From positions 1 to 64,000 of the forward strand of contig CAYWZA010000003.1 in the NCBI GenBank assembly GCA_964462785.1: a stretch of 64,000 nt of DNA. Reading direction: 5' to 3'. The stretch's first letter is position 1, and each line of letters begins with the position of its first letter. Origin of the DNA: an uncultured Candidatus Saccharibacteria bacterium. Its GTDB lineage: Bacteria > Patescibacteriota > Minisyncoccia > Phycocordibacterales > UBA2100. Below, piece after piece: positions 28,185 to 38,018 of the stretch. The notes below the pieces were generated by a model that was given only the letters and a program-made list of their open reading frames with translations, was not told the DNA's origin and did not search any database. A program made the translations under genes and the position numbers.

Positions 28185-28633
28185 ACCCCATATTGTACCT
28201 TATAGAACACTGCCCAGGCAGTGATTGCTCCCATAAGACCCATCGCCTCATCGAGTATGGTGTCTCCTATGTACCCTACGGGTACAGGGAATTGCAGAAA
28301 GGCAAGTAGAAATACCTCGAGCACTTCCCAGTGTGGAGCAACAATGGCAATGGCAACAAGAGTTACCAGAAACGTCCATAGCTGAAGAATTCGTGGACTA
28401 AACCTGATAGGCTCCATGTCCCGAAAACGAATCGTCAGAGACGACCCGTTTGGTAAAAGCCCCGCAAGTGAGGCGAGCCACAATCCAAAGAAAGCCGTCC
28501 CGACACCTCCAAAATAATGCATGGGTATATCAAACCACCATATTTCGTAGAATCGGTTCACATGCCCATATGTATGGGCTGCGATTGTGGTCCCTAAGAT
28601 TATCACCGCATACAAAAATAACCTTGTTGTCAT
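28121..28633 (-). CDS. Hypothetical 4-TM membrane protein
   Basis: WFDIPMHYFGG...WE..E...DTILD motif pattern; 3' end overlaps next gene by 64 nt. Confidence 0.7.
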   Translation of the reverse strand: MTTRLFLYAVIILGTTIAAHTYGHVNRFYEIWWFDIPMHYFGGVGTAFFGLWLASLAGLLPNGSSLTIRFRDMEPIRFSPRILQLWTFLVTLVAIAIVAPHWEVLEVFLLAFLQFPVPVGYIGDTILDEAMGLMGAITAWAVFYKVQYGVWQSALTTQKQPSPLKVAPEL

Positions 28634-28965
28634 GTGTGCATCCTACCTTATTTTTCTCCTGCGCGCAGGTTACATCAAAAGCGGCTTAAACACAAAGGAC
28701 CCCGCACTCATATGCCTTTTTTAAAGCAGCTGAGTGCGGGGCCCTTCCGGCGCGAGCATGCAAAGCCTGGGAATTGGTCCAGGTGGGTGCCCAGGGTGCA
28801 CGCCAAGGCGTGCATCTTCCGTGATGGCTCCCTTAGTTTGCCAAGCAGGTTTAATGCCCGTGCCTACCGTAAATGATAGCACCTGCGTGTAGAGCGCAAG
28901 TGTGCATAAATAAGAAAATAATGAACCCGACGAGAACGTGTTGTCTCATCGGGTTTTTTGCTTCT

Positions 28966-29172
28966 CTATTCAGACAGGGTTTTTCGATTACGAAACAAAA
29001 ACGCTGTGCCGGACAGTATTGCACACACATAGCCAAAGCGCACCGCTATCACGCTATCCGCACTAAACATTCCGGCGACGAGTGCTCCGATCGCCAGCCC
29101 GAGTGCCATGACGGCAGCAAGTGCCACAGTGAGCTTCAGTGCTTTCCAAAATTGCGCTGCGATGTGTTCCAC
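28966..29172 (-). CDS. Small 2-TM hypothetical protein
   Basis: Two hydrophobic helices; GAGG SD before GTG. Confidence 0.5.
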   Translation of the reverse strand: MEHIAAQFWKALKLTVALAAVMALGLAIGALVAGMFSADSVIAVRFGYVCAILSGTAFLFRNRKTLSE

Positions 29173-29211
29173 GATACACCTCTCTGGTTCTCTGCTGAAA
29201 ACACTATATCG

Positions 29212-29814
29212 CTACTCAAGTATGCCGTCGAGGTTTACGTCGTAGAGAATTGCCTCGGGAATCAGTCGATAATTGACTATGTCCTCGGCGGTGAGCCATA
29301 AAGCAATTTCGCGCTCTGCGTCCCCCACATTATCCGAACAGTGGATGAGGTTGCGCACCGCGCGGTCGTCCACGGCGGCAATCGCGTACGAATCGAGTGT
29401 GAGATCGCCACGAATGGTTCCCACGTCCGACGTGGAAGGTTCTGTCTCCCCCACCAACTTCTTTACCACCGCGACAGCCTGATTGCCCTGAAACGCCATC
29501 ATGACCGTGGGGCCTGCCATCATAAATTTCACCAGGGCGCGGATAATGTCCTTGCCGTATTCAAGCGGCTCCTTGTCCGCTTCAAGACCGGCTGCTTTTC
29601 TATCTTCAATAATCTTGGTTCCTTTCTTTAAAAACCACGCATCATCTTTGTTGTAGTGTTCCCAGAGCTTTTTCTCATTAAGCATGCCGAATTTCATGCT
29701 GATAAGCTTGAGCCCCGTGCGTTCAAAACGCTTTAAGATTTCACCGACAAGCGAACGCTGCACGCCATCGGGCTTCACGATCACAAATGTTCGTTCAGAT
29801 TTAAAATGAGCCAT
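29212..29814 (-). CDS. ndk: Nucleoside diphosphate kinase
   Basis: ERTFVIVKPDGVQR, GTIRGD, RNLIHCSD. Confidence 0.96.
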   Translation of the reverse strand: MAHFKSERTFVIVKPDGVQRSLVGEILKRFERTGLKLISMKFGMLNEKKLWEHYNKDDAWFLKKGTKIIEDRKAAGLEADKEPLEYGKDIIRALVKFMMAGPTVMMAFQGNQAVAVVKKLVGETEPSTSDVGTIRGDLTLDSYAIAAVDDRAVRNLIHCSDNVGDAEREIALWLTAEDIVNYRLIPEAILYDVNLDGILE

Positions 29815-32605
29815 AACTGTTTGCTAAATTATCGGGTGGTAATGCGTTTGTACTATACCGCGCTTTTATCTCCGCCTCAACCTCTTCTCGCGGGCGACCA
29901 TACTGCTCGTACGAGCGTTGTTTGAGGTACTCAATGCGCGTATAGTCTGCGGTGTCTGGTTTGAGCGTCTGCATATTGAATGGCTTCACCGGTTTACCGT
30001 GGACCAAGAGCGACATGTAGGCATTGAAATTATCGAGGTGCATGATGTCGCTCGCGTTGAATTCCGGCATAAACATCTTCTCCAAAAACTCGGCGTCTTT
30101 TTCACCCACACGGAATACGCAGCGCGTACCCACGTTGCCAAACACCGAGTCGCGGATATCGTCGGTGAGCTGATCGATAAATTGATGCGCAATAGTAAGC
30201 ACCAATTTATATTTACGCGCCTCAGAAAGAATGGTGGAAATCGAAGGCGTGGTGAAATTTTGGAATTCATCTATGTAGAGATAGAAGGGATTCATTTCTT
30301 CGCGCCCCACCATATCAACGCGTGAAAATGCCGCATTCAATATCTTGCCGACGAAAATAAGTCCGAGGAGCGATGTGTTCATCTCGCCGAGTTTGCCTTT
30401 CGCAAGATTGATGAGCAAAATCTTCTTCTCATCCATTACCTTTCTGAAATCGAATGCCGAATGTTCCTGCGCAATAATAGGGCGCATAATTTCGTTGGCG
30501 AGAAAGATGTCGAATTTGTTGGTGACATACTGCGCGAAGTTCTCAAGCGACTGCTCGCCCTGCGTCTTGGTCGCAATATCGCGCCAAAACTGCACTAACA
30601 GAGGATTCTGACACTTCGAGAGCTTCAGATCCCGGAACTGCGGGTTTGCAAATATGCGTGTGATGTCCACCATGGTGTTCCCTGACGCAGGATCCTCCAT
30701 GACCAAGAGCGTGGAGTTTCTGAAATACTGCTCAAATGCCGGTCCAACAGCCCCCTCCACATGCCCGTATAACTTTTGGAATATGCCAAACAGCTCATCT
30801 ACGAGAAATGTTTTTTGTTCGGGGAAACGCGTATCGTATTCGAGCATGTTGAGCCCCATGGGGCGCGGATAGTAGCCCGGATCAAAGTAGATAAGATCCT
30901 TTTCCCGCTCGGGCGGTACGGCGGCAAGCACGTCTTGAATGTCAGATCCGTGCGGATCGATGTAGCACACCCCTTTCCCGCTGAGAATATCCTGAATGAT
31001 CATGTTCTTCATGAGCGTGGTCTTACCGGTGCCGGTCTGCCCCACTACATACATGTGACGAAGACGATCTTCTTCTGAAAAGAAGATTTTCTTTTCAGCC
31101 GCGCCAAATCGATTGCTGCCGAGGACGATGCCGTCTTCCGGCATATCCGTCGGCGGCGGTGATTGTTTGGAGCGCGATTGCTTGAGCTCGCGCGATGTGC
31201 GCACGCCTTCGGCAGTAAGATGATAAATGGAGGTGAGCTCGGCAAAATTGAGCGGGAGCGCGCGGGAAGCCTCGGGCAAGCGCATGACGAAATTGTGCAA
31301 TTCGCCCTTCGTCGCCCACCATGATGCTTCCTGAAAGACGATGCTGTTCCCCTGCGGGTCTTCAAACTGATTGAATGTGGAAGCGAGATTGGCGATGATA
31401 TCGCGCGCGCGTTCCTCGTGCCCCGCAGATGCGATGAGGCGGATGTTAACCGGCACAATGCGCGTCTTGAGCTTCTTTTGCACGCGCTCGGTCGCCTCTT
31501 GCTCGGGATTGTGCTCTTCTTTTTTCTTCTCACTCGTGAAGAGTGCTTTTGCAAAGTCATCAGCCACCTCGCCGATGCGACTTTCCGGCACCTTCACCGC
31601 TTTCTTGAACTTCTTTCCTTTGTGCAGCTCCTTGAGAATTTTTTTGTAATGCTTGCTGTACCGCTCCCCTTCGTTGCCAACGATGATCTGAATTGCAGCG
31701 CCTTCGCCATACTTTTTGAGTTTGCCGAATGCCGAAAGCAACACGTTCATCGGATCGTGTTTGAAATCCTCGTAGGTGCGTATGGGGAGCGACGGGTGCT
31801 CAGGTAATGTGGCATACGCAACGGCATGATACCCTTCGTTATTAAAAATATTGTAGTCACCGCGTGTTTCGGTTATTTTTGCATTCGGAAATATGGAGAG
31901 CACGTGCCTCTCAAACAAGTCGCGCTTCTTTGTCGGTACTGCCATGTAGAAAATAGCATCCTCAGTCCCCTGCGGCACGGCAATTTCCAGAGAAAACACA
32001 TTCTGCCTGCTATCGCTATTGCCGCTCGCAATTGCCAAAAGCCCCGCATAGAGCTGCTCCATCGAAGCGAGCAGGTGCTCAAGCCCTTGCTGATCTTCTT
32101 CGCGCTTGAAAGCGCCTTGCGGGTGTACTTCATAGAGCGTCATGTTGAGCGCACGCCATGTCTGACTCGATTCGAGATTGCGTGACACTATATTTCCTCC
32201 GACAGGAAGCCCCTCGGCAATATAGCGCACTAGCGCGCGATGCAGATCATCTTCGATGTGTGGGTTTTCCATTTTTGCGGCAACGGTAAGCGCATTTCTG
32301 ATGCCGCGCTCGGCAACTATCCGCAATAGTGCATCAATCTGCGTATCGTGCTCCTCGGGCTCAAGCCGCAAGGCTTCGCGCATAGCATCATGCTCAGGCA
32401 TCGCCACCGTCTCGTGAAGCACCGTCGTGGGAGACATATCCGCATAGCGCACAATCTCGCGTTTCGCGATACGCTCTTGCTCGAAGTTATTTTCAGGCAG
32501 CGATAGCTCCTTTTCTTTTTCCTCAATCCGCTCGCGCAAATACGCAATTTCCTCCTGCGGTGTGCGGAATTTCTGCGCTTCCGGCGCTCGTGTCCTCGGT
32601 TCCAT
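29801..32605 (-). CDS. VirD4/TraD-like type IV coupling ATPase
   Basis: RHMYVVGQTGTGKT, IDPHG, LYIDEFQNF, SEARKY, AHQ..QL, GNVGT. Confidence 0.88.
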   Translation of the reverse strand: MEPRTRAPEAQKFRTPQEEIAYLRERIEEKEKELSLPENNFEQERIAKREIVRYADMSPTTVLHETVAMPEHDAMREALRLEPEEHDTQIDALLRIVAERGIRNALTVAAKMENPHIEDDLHRALVRYIAEGLPVGGNIVSRNLESSQTWRALNMTLYEVHPQGAFKREEDQQGLEHLLASMEQLYAGLLAIASGNSDSRQNVFSLEIAVPQGTEDAIFYMAVPTKKRDLFERHVLSIFPNAKITETRGDYNIFNNEGYHAVAYATLPEHPSLPIRTYEDFKHDPMNVLLSAFGKLKKYGEGAAIQIIVGNEGERYSKHYKKILKELHKGKKFKKAVKVPESRIGEVADDFAKALFTSEKKKEEHNPEQEATERVQKKLKTRIVPVNIRLIASAGHEERARDIIANLASTFNQFEDPQGNSIVFQEASWWATKGELHNFVMRLPEASRALPLNFAELTSIYHLTAEGVRTSRELKQSRSKQSPPPTDMPEDGIVLGSNRFGAAEKKIFFSEEDRLRHMYVVGQTGTGKTTLMKNMIIQDILSGKGVCYIDPHGSDIQDVLAAVPPEREKDLIYFDPGYYPRPMGLNMLEYDTRFPEQKTFLVDELFGIFQKLYGHVEGAVGPAFEQYFRNSTLLVMEDPASGNTMVDITRIFANPQFRDLKLSKCQNPLLVQFWRDIATKTQGEQSLENFAQYVTNKFDIFLANEIMRPIIAQEHSAFDFRKVMDEKKILLINLAKGKLGEMNTSLLGLIFVGKILNAAFSRVDMVGREEMNPFYLYIDEFQNFTTPSISTILSEARKYKLVLTIAHQFIDQLTDDIRDSVFGNVGTRCVFRVGEKDAEFLEKMFMPEFNASDIMHLDNFNAYMSLLVHGKPVKPFNMQTLKPDTADYTRIEYLKQRSYEQYGRPREEVEAEIKARYSTNALPPDNLANSYGSF

Positions 32606-32631
32606 GTGATAAGTATAGCGCGAGAATGTGC

Positions 32632-33396
32632 CTATGCGGTCAGTATCTCCGCCCCATTCTTGCCGACAATAACCGTGTGTTCGACATGTACAGATTTTGA
32701 GCCGTCTTTGGTGCGATAAGTGTAACCGTCTTTGTCGAGATATATTTTGTTTCCGCCGAGCATAAACATCGGCTCGATGGCGATGACCATCCCCTCGACA
32801 AGCTCCTCCCCCGTTCCCGCCGGACCAAAATTGGCAATGAACGGCTCCTCATGCACCGCACGTCCAACGCTGTGCCCTCCCAACTCGCGTGGCGCGCCGT
32901 AGCCATACTTTTTCTGCACAGCTTCAATGGCGGCACCGATGTCGCCCACGTGATTCCCCGCTCGCGCAGCACGTATCCCCGCATCAAGCGCTTCATACGC
33001 GACTGCAATCAATTTCTTTTCCTCGACACTTCCCGATCCCGCGATCACACACAGCGCGGCATCGGTGATGAACCCCTGATAGGTAAAACCGCAATCAACA
33101 GACACGACATCTCCTTCCGCAAGGGTGACAGGTTCTTCGTTTGGTATGCCATGCACGATAGCGTCGTTGACTGAAACGCAGAGCGCTGCGGGGTATGGTC
33201 GGCGTGCACCTGCCGGTTTGTAATTGAGAAATGACGGGGTGCCCCCCATCTCTTCGATGAGCCGACGCGCCTCGTCTTCGAGTTCTTGTGTGGAAATGCC
33301 CGGCACCACCATTGCGGCAATCTGTTTTAAAATAGCAGCGTGCTTTTTACCACCCTCGCGGAGTGTTGCGCGCTCACCGTCGTTCTGCACTATCAT
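32632..33396 (-). CDS. map: Methionine aminopeptidase type I
   Basis: SVNDAIVHGIP, VDCG..ITDAA, GHSVG..VHEEP, AIEPM, HVEHT. Confidence 0.96.
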   Translation of the reverse strand: MIVQNDGERATLREGGKKHAAILKQIAAMVVPGISTQELEDEARRLIEEMGGTPSFLNYKPAGARRPYPAALCVSVNDAIVHGIPNEEPVTLAEGDVVSVDCGFTYQGFITDAALCVIAGSGSVEEKKLIAVAYEALDAGIRAARAGNHVGDIGAAIEAVQKKYGYGAPRELGGHSVGRAVHEEPFIANFGPAGTGEELVEGMVIAIEPMFMLGGNKIYLDKDGYTYRTKDGSKSVHVEHTVIVGKNGAEILTA

Positions 33397-34010
33397 GAAG
33401 ACAAACCTAACACGGCTAGTATGTTTTTGTGAATCTCTGCGATTGAGGGGTTGCCGTCTACGACGTGAATGGTGCGCCCGCGACGACGCAATTCCTCAAG
33501 CGCCGGCAGTGTTTCAGATTTGTACCACTCGAAGCGTTTTTGGATTTGTTTTTCTGCATCATCATTCCGATGCCGCAGCGCCATGCGCTTGCGCGCCTCG
33601 TCTTCGGTGATGTCGAGCATGATGATGTGATAATCAAGCCGATCGTAAAAAGCGAGGGCATCATCAAGCACCATTGATTGCTCAATTCGGCGTGCTACCC
33701 CATCGAAAATGAGATGCTCACGGCCGGTAAATTCGCCGAGAAAGAATGAGGTGATGATATGTGAGGGGATGAAAGCGGGTAGCAGTGCCCCTGAGTTTAT
33801 GATGTTCCCCACGCGTTTATTTGCCTCGCCCGTCCCCGCCGCGAACCCGCGGAGCCGATCGCCCATTTCGAGCTTCAACACATTCTCATCGCTGTTGCGC
33901 ACCAAAAAATCATCGAGTGCCGCCGCCTGTGCGCCCTTGCCCGAACCCTGTATACCGAAAAAAACGACCGTGATTGGTCGTACCAGCTTCTCATCGAGAG
34001 TTTGTATCAT
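33393..34010 (-). CDS. adk: Adenylate kinase-like nucleoside monophosphate kinase
   Basis: GIQGSGKGAQA, MGDRLR, IFDGVAR, R.DD. Confidence 0.85.
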   Translation of the reverse strand: MIQTLDEKLVRPITVVFFGIQGSGKGAQAAALDDFLVRNSDENVLKLEMGDRLRGFAAGTGEANKRVGNIINSGALLPAFIPSHIITSFFLGEFTGREHLIFDGVARRIEQSMVLDDALAFYDRLDYHIIMLDITEDEARKRMALRHRNDDAEKQIQKRFEWYKSETLPALEELRRRGRTIHVVDGNPSIAEIHKNILAVLGLSS

Positions 34011-34603
34011 CACTCTTGAAGATACCCCTCTTTTCTTAAAATTTCAATCACCTTATCAACCGTCTGCTCAAGCCTCCCCTCCTCGTTTACCACGCGATAA
34101 TCATACAGCGGCGCATCATCGGCAATTTCCCGCCGCGCAACAGTAAGGCGTTTCTCAAGTTCATCATGAGACATACCGGCATTACGCGCGCGAATACGGG
34201 CTTCAAGCGCCTCAAATGCCGGGGGAAGAATAAATATCGCCAGCGTATCGAAATGTGCTTTCAAAAAACGTACGCCTTCGATATTGAGATCACCCATAGC
34301 GATGTCGCCTCGTGCTATGCGCGTAGCTAAATCGGGCATATAGGTGCCGTATCGCGCCCTTGTCGTCGGGTGCACGCGAAATTCAGGAATGGTGCCATTC
34401 GCGACGTGAGTATCAAACTCACTGTCTGACATAAAATGGTAATCAACGCCGTTACGCTCTTGCGGACGTGGTGGGCGCGTTGTTGCGGTAACTATTTCAG
34501 AACACTGCGGGTACTTCGCAATAATGCTGCTGATAATGCTATTCTTGCCAACCCCGCTGGGACCAGCAATGACCACCACCTTACCTTTTGCATCAGAGGG
34601 CAT
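34010..34603 (-). CDS. gmk: Guanylate kinase (copy 1, intact P-loop)
   Basis: GPSGVGKNS, TTRPPRPQERNGVDYHF, YGT. Confidence 0.9.
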   Translation of the reverse strand: MPSDAKGKVVVIAGPSGVGKNSIISSIIAKYPQCSEIVTATTRPPRPQERNGVDYHFMSDSEFDTHVANGTIPEFRVHPTTRARYGTYMPDLATRIARGDIAMGDLNIEGVRFLKAHFDTLAIFILPPAFEALEARIRARNAGMSHDELEKRLTVARREIADDAPLYDYRVVNEEGRLEQTVDKVIEILRKEGYLQE

Positions 34604-35180
34604 ATCCTTCCTCGCGCAGTTTTTCAATAATTTTTAGGATGGTGTCCGCAAATTCACCGTCATCATTAAACACCACGTAGTCGTAATGATGTTCCGCTTC
34701 GAGCATTTCTTGCGCGGCATTCAGCAATCGCGATATCACTTCGTCCTTCGCAATCGAGGGATCTCGCCTGATGATGCGATCGTACAGTGTGTTCATCGAT
34801 TTTGGTTTGATGAACACGGTAATGGCATCATATTTTTCCTTGAAGAACCGCGCGCCGGCAAGATCGGTGTTTACGATCACCGTCTTTCCCGATTGCAACC
34901 GCTTTTCAAGATCGGGAATATATGTGCCGTAGTGCGCGTCTCGATTCTTCACATACGTGTGCTCCGCGATGTTTCCCGACTGTACTTCCTCAAAAAATTT
35001 CTCTTTCGTCATGAAGTAGTAGTCCTCGCCTTCGCGCTCACCCGACCTCGGCGCACGCGTGGTCGCTGACACAGCGCGCGTGAAATTCGGGTATGCGAGC
35101 ATCAACTCCTCGGTGAATGTAGTTTCCCCCGATCCCGATGGTCCTGCGATGACGACGACTTGGCGTTTCTTCTGCATCAT
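34593..35180 (-). CDS. gmk: Guanylate kinase-like protein (copy 2, P-loop Lys to Glu)
   Basis: GPSGSGETT, SATTRAPRSGEREGEDYYF, HYGT. Confidence 0.8.
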   Translation of the reverse strand: MMQKKRQVVVIAGPSGSGETTFTEELMLAYPNFTRAVSATTRAPRSGEREGEDYYFMTKEKFFEEVQSGNIAEHTYVKNRDAHYGTYIPDLEKRLQSGKTVIVNTDLAGARFFKEKYDAITVFIKPKSMNTLYDRIIRRDPSIAKDEVISRLLNAAQEMLEAEHHYDYVVFNDDGEFADTILKIIEKLREEGYAL

Positions 35181-35199
35181 ATACTAGCCATGATACCAG

Positions 35200-35733
35200 C
35201 TATTTCAGGAGCTCCTCAATTTTTTGCTTTACAGCATCTGCCGGCATAGGGCCATGCTGATGGAATACCACATCGCCCCAGCTGTTGATGAAAAGGGTTT
35301 CGGGCATAGCATACCCGCTCATTTGTTTATACAGCGCATCGTCAGGGTCGAGTAAGAATATGATCTTATTTGCGCCGCGCAGCTTATCAGAGAAAGCGCG
35401 GGCATCGGCATAGGGCTCTGCCCGATTGACCGCTACGATGTGCACATCGTCTCCAAATGTATCTTTCATTTCGGCGAGGCGCTCCAGCTCTGCCGCACAG
35501 TACGGGCACCACGATGCCCATATATACACGAGCAAAACCTTCCGCTTAAATTCGGAGAGTCGCACATCGTTGCCTCCATAATCTTTAAGCGTAATGCCGT
35601 ATTCCTCTTTGAAGGAGCTCTCACCCTGTGGCGTGCGCCAAAAGCCGAAATAGAAATGGAGTATCGCTCCGAGGGCGATCAGACATATCACTCCGCCAAT
35701 GACTATTCTTTTTTCATAAAATATACGCTGCAT
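35200..35733 (-). CDS. TlpA/ResA-like membrane-anchored thiol-disulfide oxidoreductase
   Basis: N-terminal TM; WASWCPYC; MPET. Confidence 0.92.
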   Translation of the reverse strand: MQRIFYEKRIVIGGVICLIALGAILHFYFGFWRTPQGESSFKEEYGITLKDYGGNDVRLSEFKRKVLLVYIWASWCPYCAAELERLAEMKDTFGDDVHIVAVNRAEPYADARAFSDKLRGANKIIFLLDPDDALYKQMSGYAMPETLFINSWGDVVFHQHGPMPADAVKQKIEELLK

Positions 35734-35807
35734 AAGTAGTTGGAGTCCCTATTATCTAGGAAAAATAGGTCTTATCAAGGATTCTGGCAACAGCGCTCCG
35801 CCAGCAC

Positions 35808-37514
35808 TTACCCAGTCCAGTTAAATAACAAGATCGAAAAATCCGCCAAATTCACCTTGCCATCTCCACTGAAATCAGCTCCGAGATCGTTCGTGCCCCA
35901 TGAGGACAACATAATTGAGAAGTCAACGAGGTTAACCTTTTGATCACCATTGATGTCGGTTTTGAGAGATGACGCGCTGCGTGCCGCAGATTCCCCAACA
36001 CCGATGAATGTCGGTCCGCTCAATTCGCTTTGCAATTGACTGCTGATAACTGTTCGTGCACGTATGTCGTATGTACCACGTGAGAAATCCTTCCCGTTCA
36101 CGGCAATGACCCAGCTGCCATCCGGCACCTGTGCCCCTCGCCCCTTTGAGGCGGTGGCGGTGAATTTCTTCGCTTCCGCCAAACTACTGCCCTGTCGTCG
36201 TATGAACACCTCGACAGTACTCCCCGGAACACTCTCCCCGACGATATCGAATGATTCTCCGACAGCAAGTGCTGTCTTGCTTGGCGCAAACGTCGGGGCG
36301 AGCACCACATTCGAAATGCTGTTACTCGTACCCGCAGCAATGGCAAGAGTTGAAGAAAACGACGCTGATCGTCGTTTACGCACATCGTCGGCATAGAGCA
36401 TAAATGTATACGTGCCACGCTCTATACTCGGCAATATTGCCTTAAAATTTCCGTCTATGCCTGCCTGTGTGGTCATTTGTATCTTGCCATCTCTCAAAAT
36501 GGTGACGGTGCTGAGTGGCGAGGACCACCCTGACACATTGACGGTAGATAGGTGGAGCAACGAACTCCCGCCCCGAAAGGTGCCAGCGCCACCCGGTCCG
36601 GCACTCGGAAGTGTTACCGAAGAATCAAATTCGGGTGTGGGATTTAACGTAAAAGTAATTGCGTAGTCAGTAGTATTTTTTGTCTGATCAACGGTAATGC
36701 ATCGCACGTAGTAGTTGTAGGTCGTGTTGTTTTGATGGTTGTCGATTGTCTTATGGTGAATGGTTGATGACGAATTGCCAACCGTAAAGGTATTCGTCAT
36801 CGAATCGTAGTCGACGCCGGTTGTCGTCGCGTAACGACACGTGGCTGTATTATCTGTATCGAGAGCAATTTCAATTGAGGGGTGATTGGCTTCGACAGCG
36901 CCGGACGGGCGCCCGTTGGAGCGTACCGGCGCAGTCGATACGATTGTTCCTGTTACGGTCACCTGGCTAATGATTGCAATCATGGCGGTTGCGGTATCTA
37001 TGGTGGCATCCAATTGATCTTTAGTCGCAAGCGCAATGCGATATGAACCAGTCGAAGCGGTGTTCGTAATGTTTTGATCCCCCGCGACTCCCGCTGTCGC
37101 AATAGTCCCCAGCTGTATTTCTACGACACTGCCCGCCCCAATGCCCGTAGTTGCATTGAGCGTGATGGTGATGGATCCGCTGCTGCCTGTCACCACAGCG
37201 ACCCCGTCGTTTGCTGCGCTAGCGCTCGCGGCGAGTGAGCGATCAGAGGATGAGACAGCGAGATCGACATCGGTGTAGTCAAACGCGGATGGAATGGTGA
37301 GCGCACCTGCCGCGGGAGTGATGAGTATTTTCCCCGAAGCGGGAATGGCATTGGTGGCGGTAAATTGAATGGTGTGCATCGTACTGGTTGCTGGAGCTGA
37401 ATTGCCGATCGTATCGCTCACCATGGTGAGTGATGCGGCATGCGTGTATGGAGCCCATGCCAAAAAGCACGCCAGAGAAAAAAGCACGCAACACAATCGT
37501 GCGGTCATCATCAT
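35808..37514 (-). CDS. Secreted Thr-rich multidomain protein with C-terminal dockerin-like domain
   Basis: Signal peptide; Ig-like segments; DINGDQKVNLVDFS...DFSGDGKVNLADFS paired Ca-binding repeats. Confidence 0.85.
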   Translation of the reverse strand: MMMTARLCCVLFSLACFLAWAPYTHAASLTMVSDTIGNSAPATSTMHTIQFTATNAIPASGKILITPAAGALTIPSAFDYTDVDLAVSSSDRSLAASASAANDGVAVVTGSSGSITITLNATTGIGAGSVVEIQLGTIATAGVAGDQNITNTASTGSYRIALATKDQLDATIDTATAMIAIISQVTVTGTIVSTAPVRSNGRPSGAVEANHPSIEIALDTDNTATCRYATTTGVDYDSMTNTFTVGNSSSTIHHKTIDNHQNNTTYNYYVRCITVDQTKNTTDYAITFTLNPTPEFDSSVTLPSAGPGGAGTFRGGSSLLHLSTVNVSGWSSPLSTVTILRDGKIQMTTQAGIDGNFKAILPSIERGTYTFMLYADDVRKRRSASFSSTLAIAAGTSNSISNVVLAPTFAPSKTALAVGESFDIVGESVPGSTVEVFIRRQGSSLAEAKKFTATASKGRGAQVPDGSWVIAVNGKDFSRGTYDIRARTVISSQLQSELSGPTFIGVGESAARSASSLKTDINGDQKVNLVDFSIMLSSWGTNDLGADFSGDGKVNLADFSILLFNWTG

Positions 37515-37554
37515 TACTATTATAAGCCTATTATTGATACGGGCTCCGCGCACC

Positions 37555-38010
37555 TTACCCACGTCGCCGTAAATCAACCGCAAATGTCGCGGCGCTCACA
37601 CTCGCGAATGGAGCGTAACCCCTACGCCAGTCGAGGTAGAAATTTGCCCCCACAAGTGCCGCGAGCACCACGCTCATGGCAAAGCTCGCGAGCGCCAACA
37701 TCTCCGCATTCCTATCTCCACCGGTCATACGTTCCTCAAATGCGCGGACAGCGTCCTCCCTGGCACGAAGTTCTTCTTCTTTTGCTAACAGCTCTACTGC
37801 GGCTGTGTTGTAAGGGTTTGGATCAACCGATGCCGCTACCCCCACCACCGCACTCGCCACCATCGTGTGCGCGGTGCGCGCCAGCGTTTGTGGAGAAACA
37901 CTGGTCACTGCATATCCGAATAGCAATACAGACGCGATAATGCCCACTGCCTGAAAACTATGGCGCCGCGAGACATGTGCTTGTGTGTAGGATCTATGCA
38001 TCGTAATCAA
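37555..38010 (-). CDS. Hypothetical membrane protein (TM - coiled coil - TM)
   Basis: ASVDPNPYNT...L..KEEEL..RE coiled coil between hydrophobic segments. Confidence 0.75.
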   Translation of the reverse strand: MITMHRSYTQAHVSRRHSFQAVGIIASVLLFGYAVTSVSPQTLARTAHTMVASAVVGVAASVDPNPYNTAAVELLAKEEELRAREDAVRAFEERMTGGDRNAEMLALASFAMSVVLAALVGANFYLDWRRGYAPFASVSAATFAVDLRRRG

Positions 38011-38018
38011 TGCGAATA

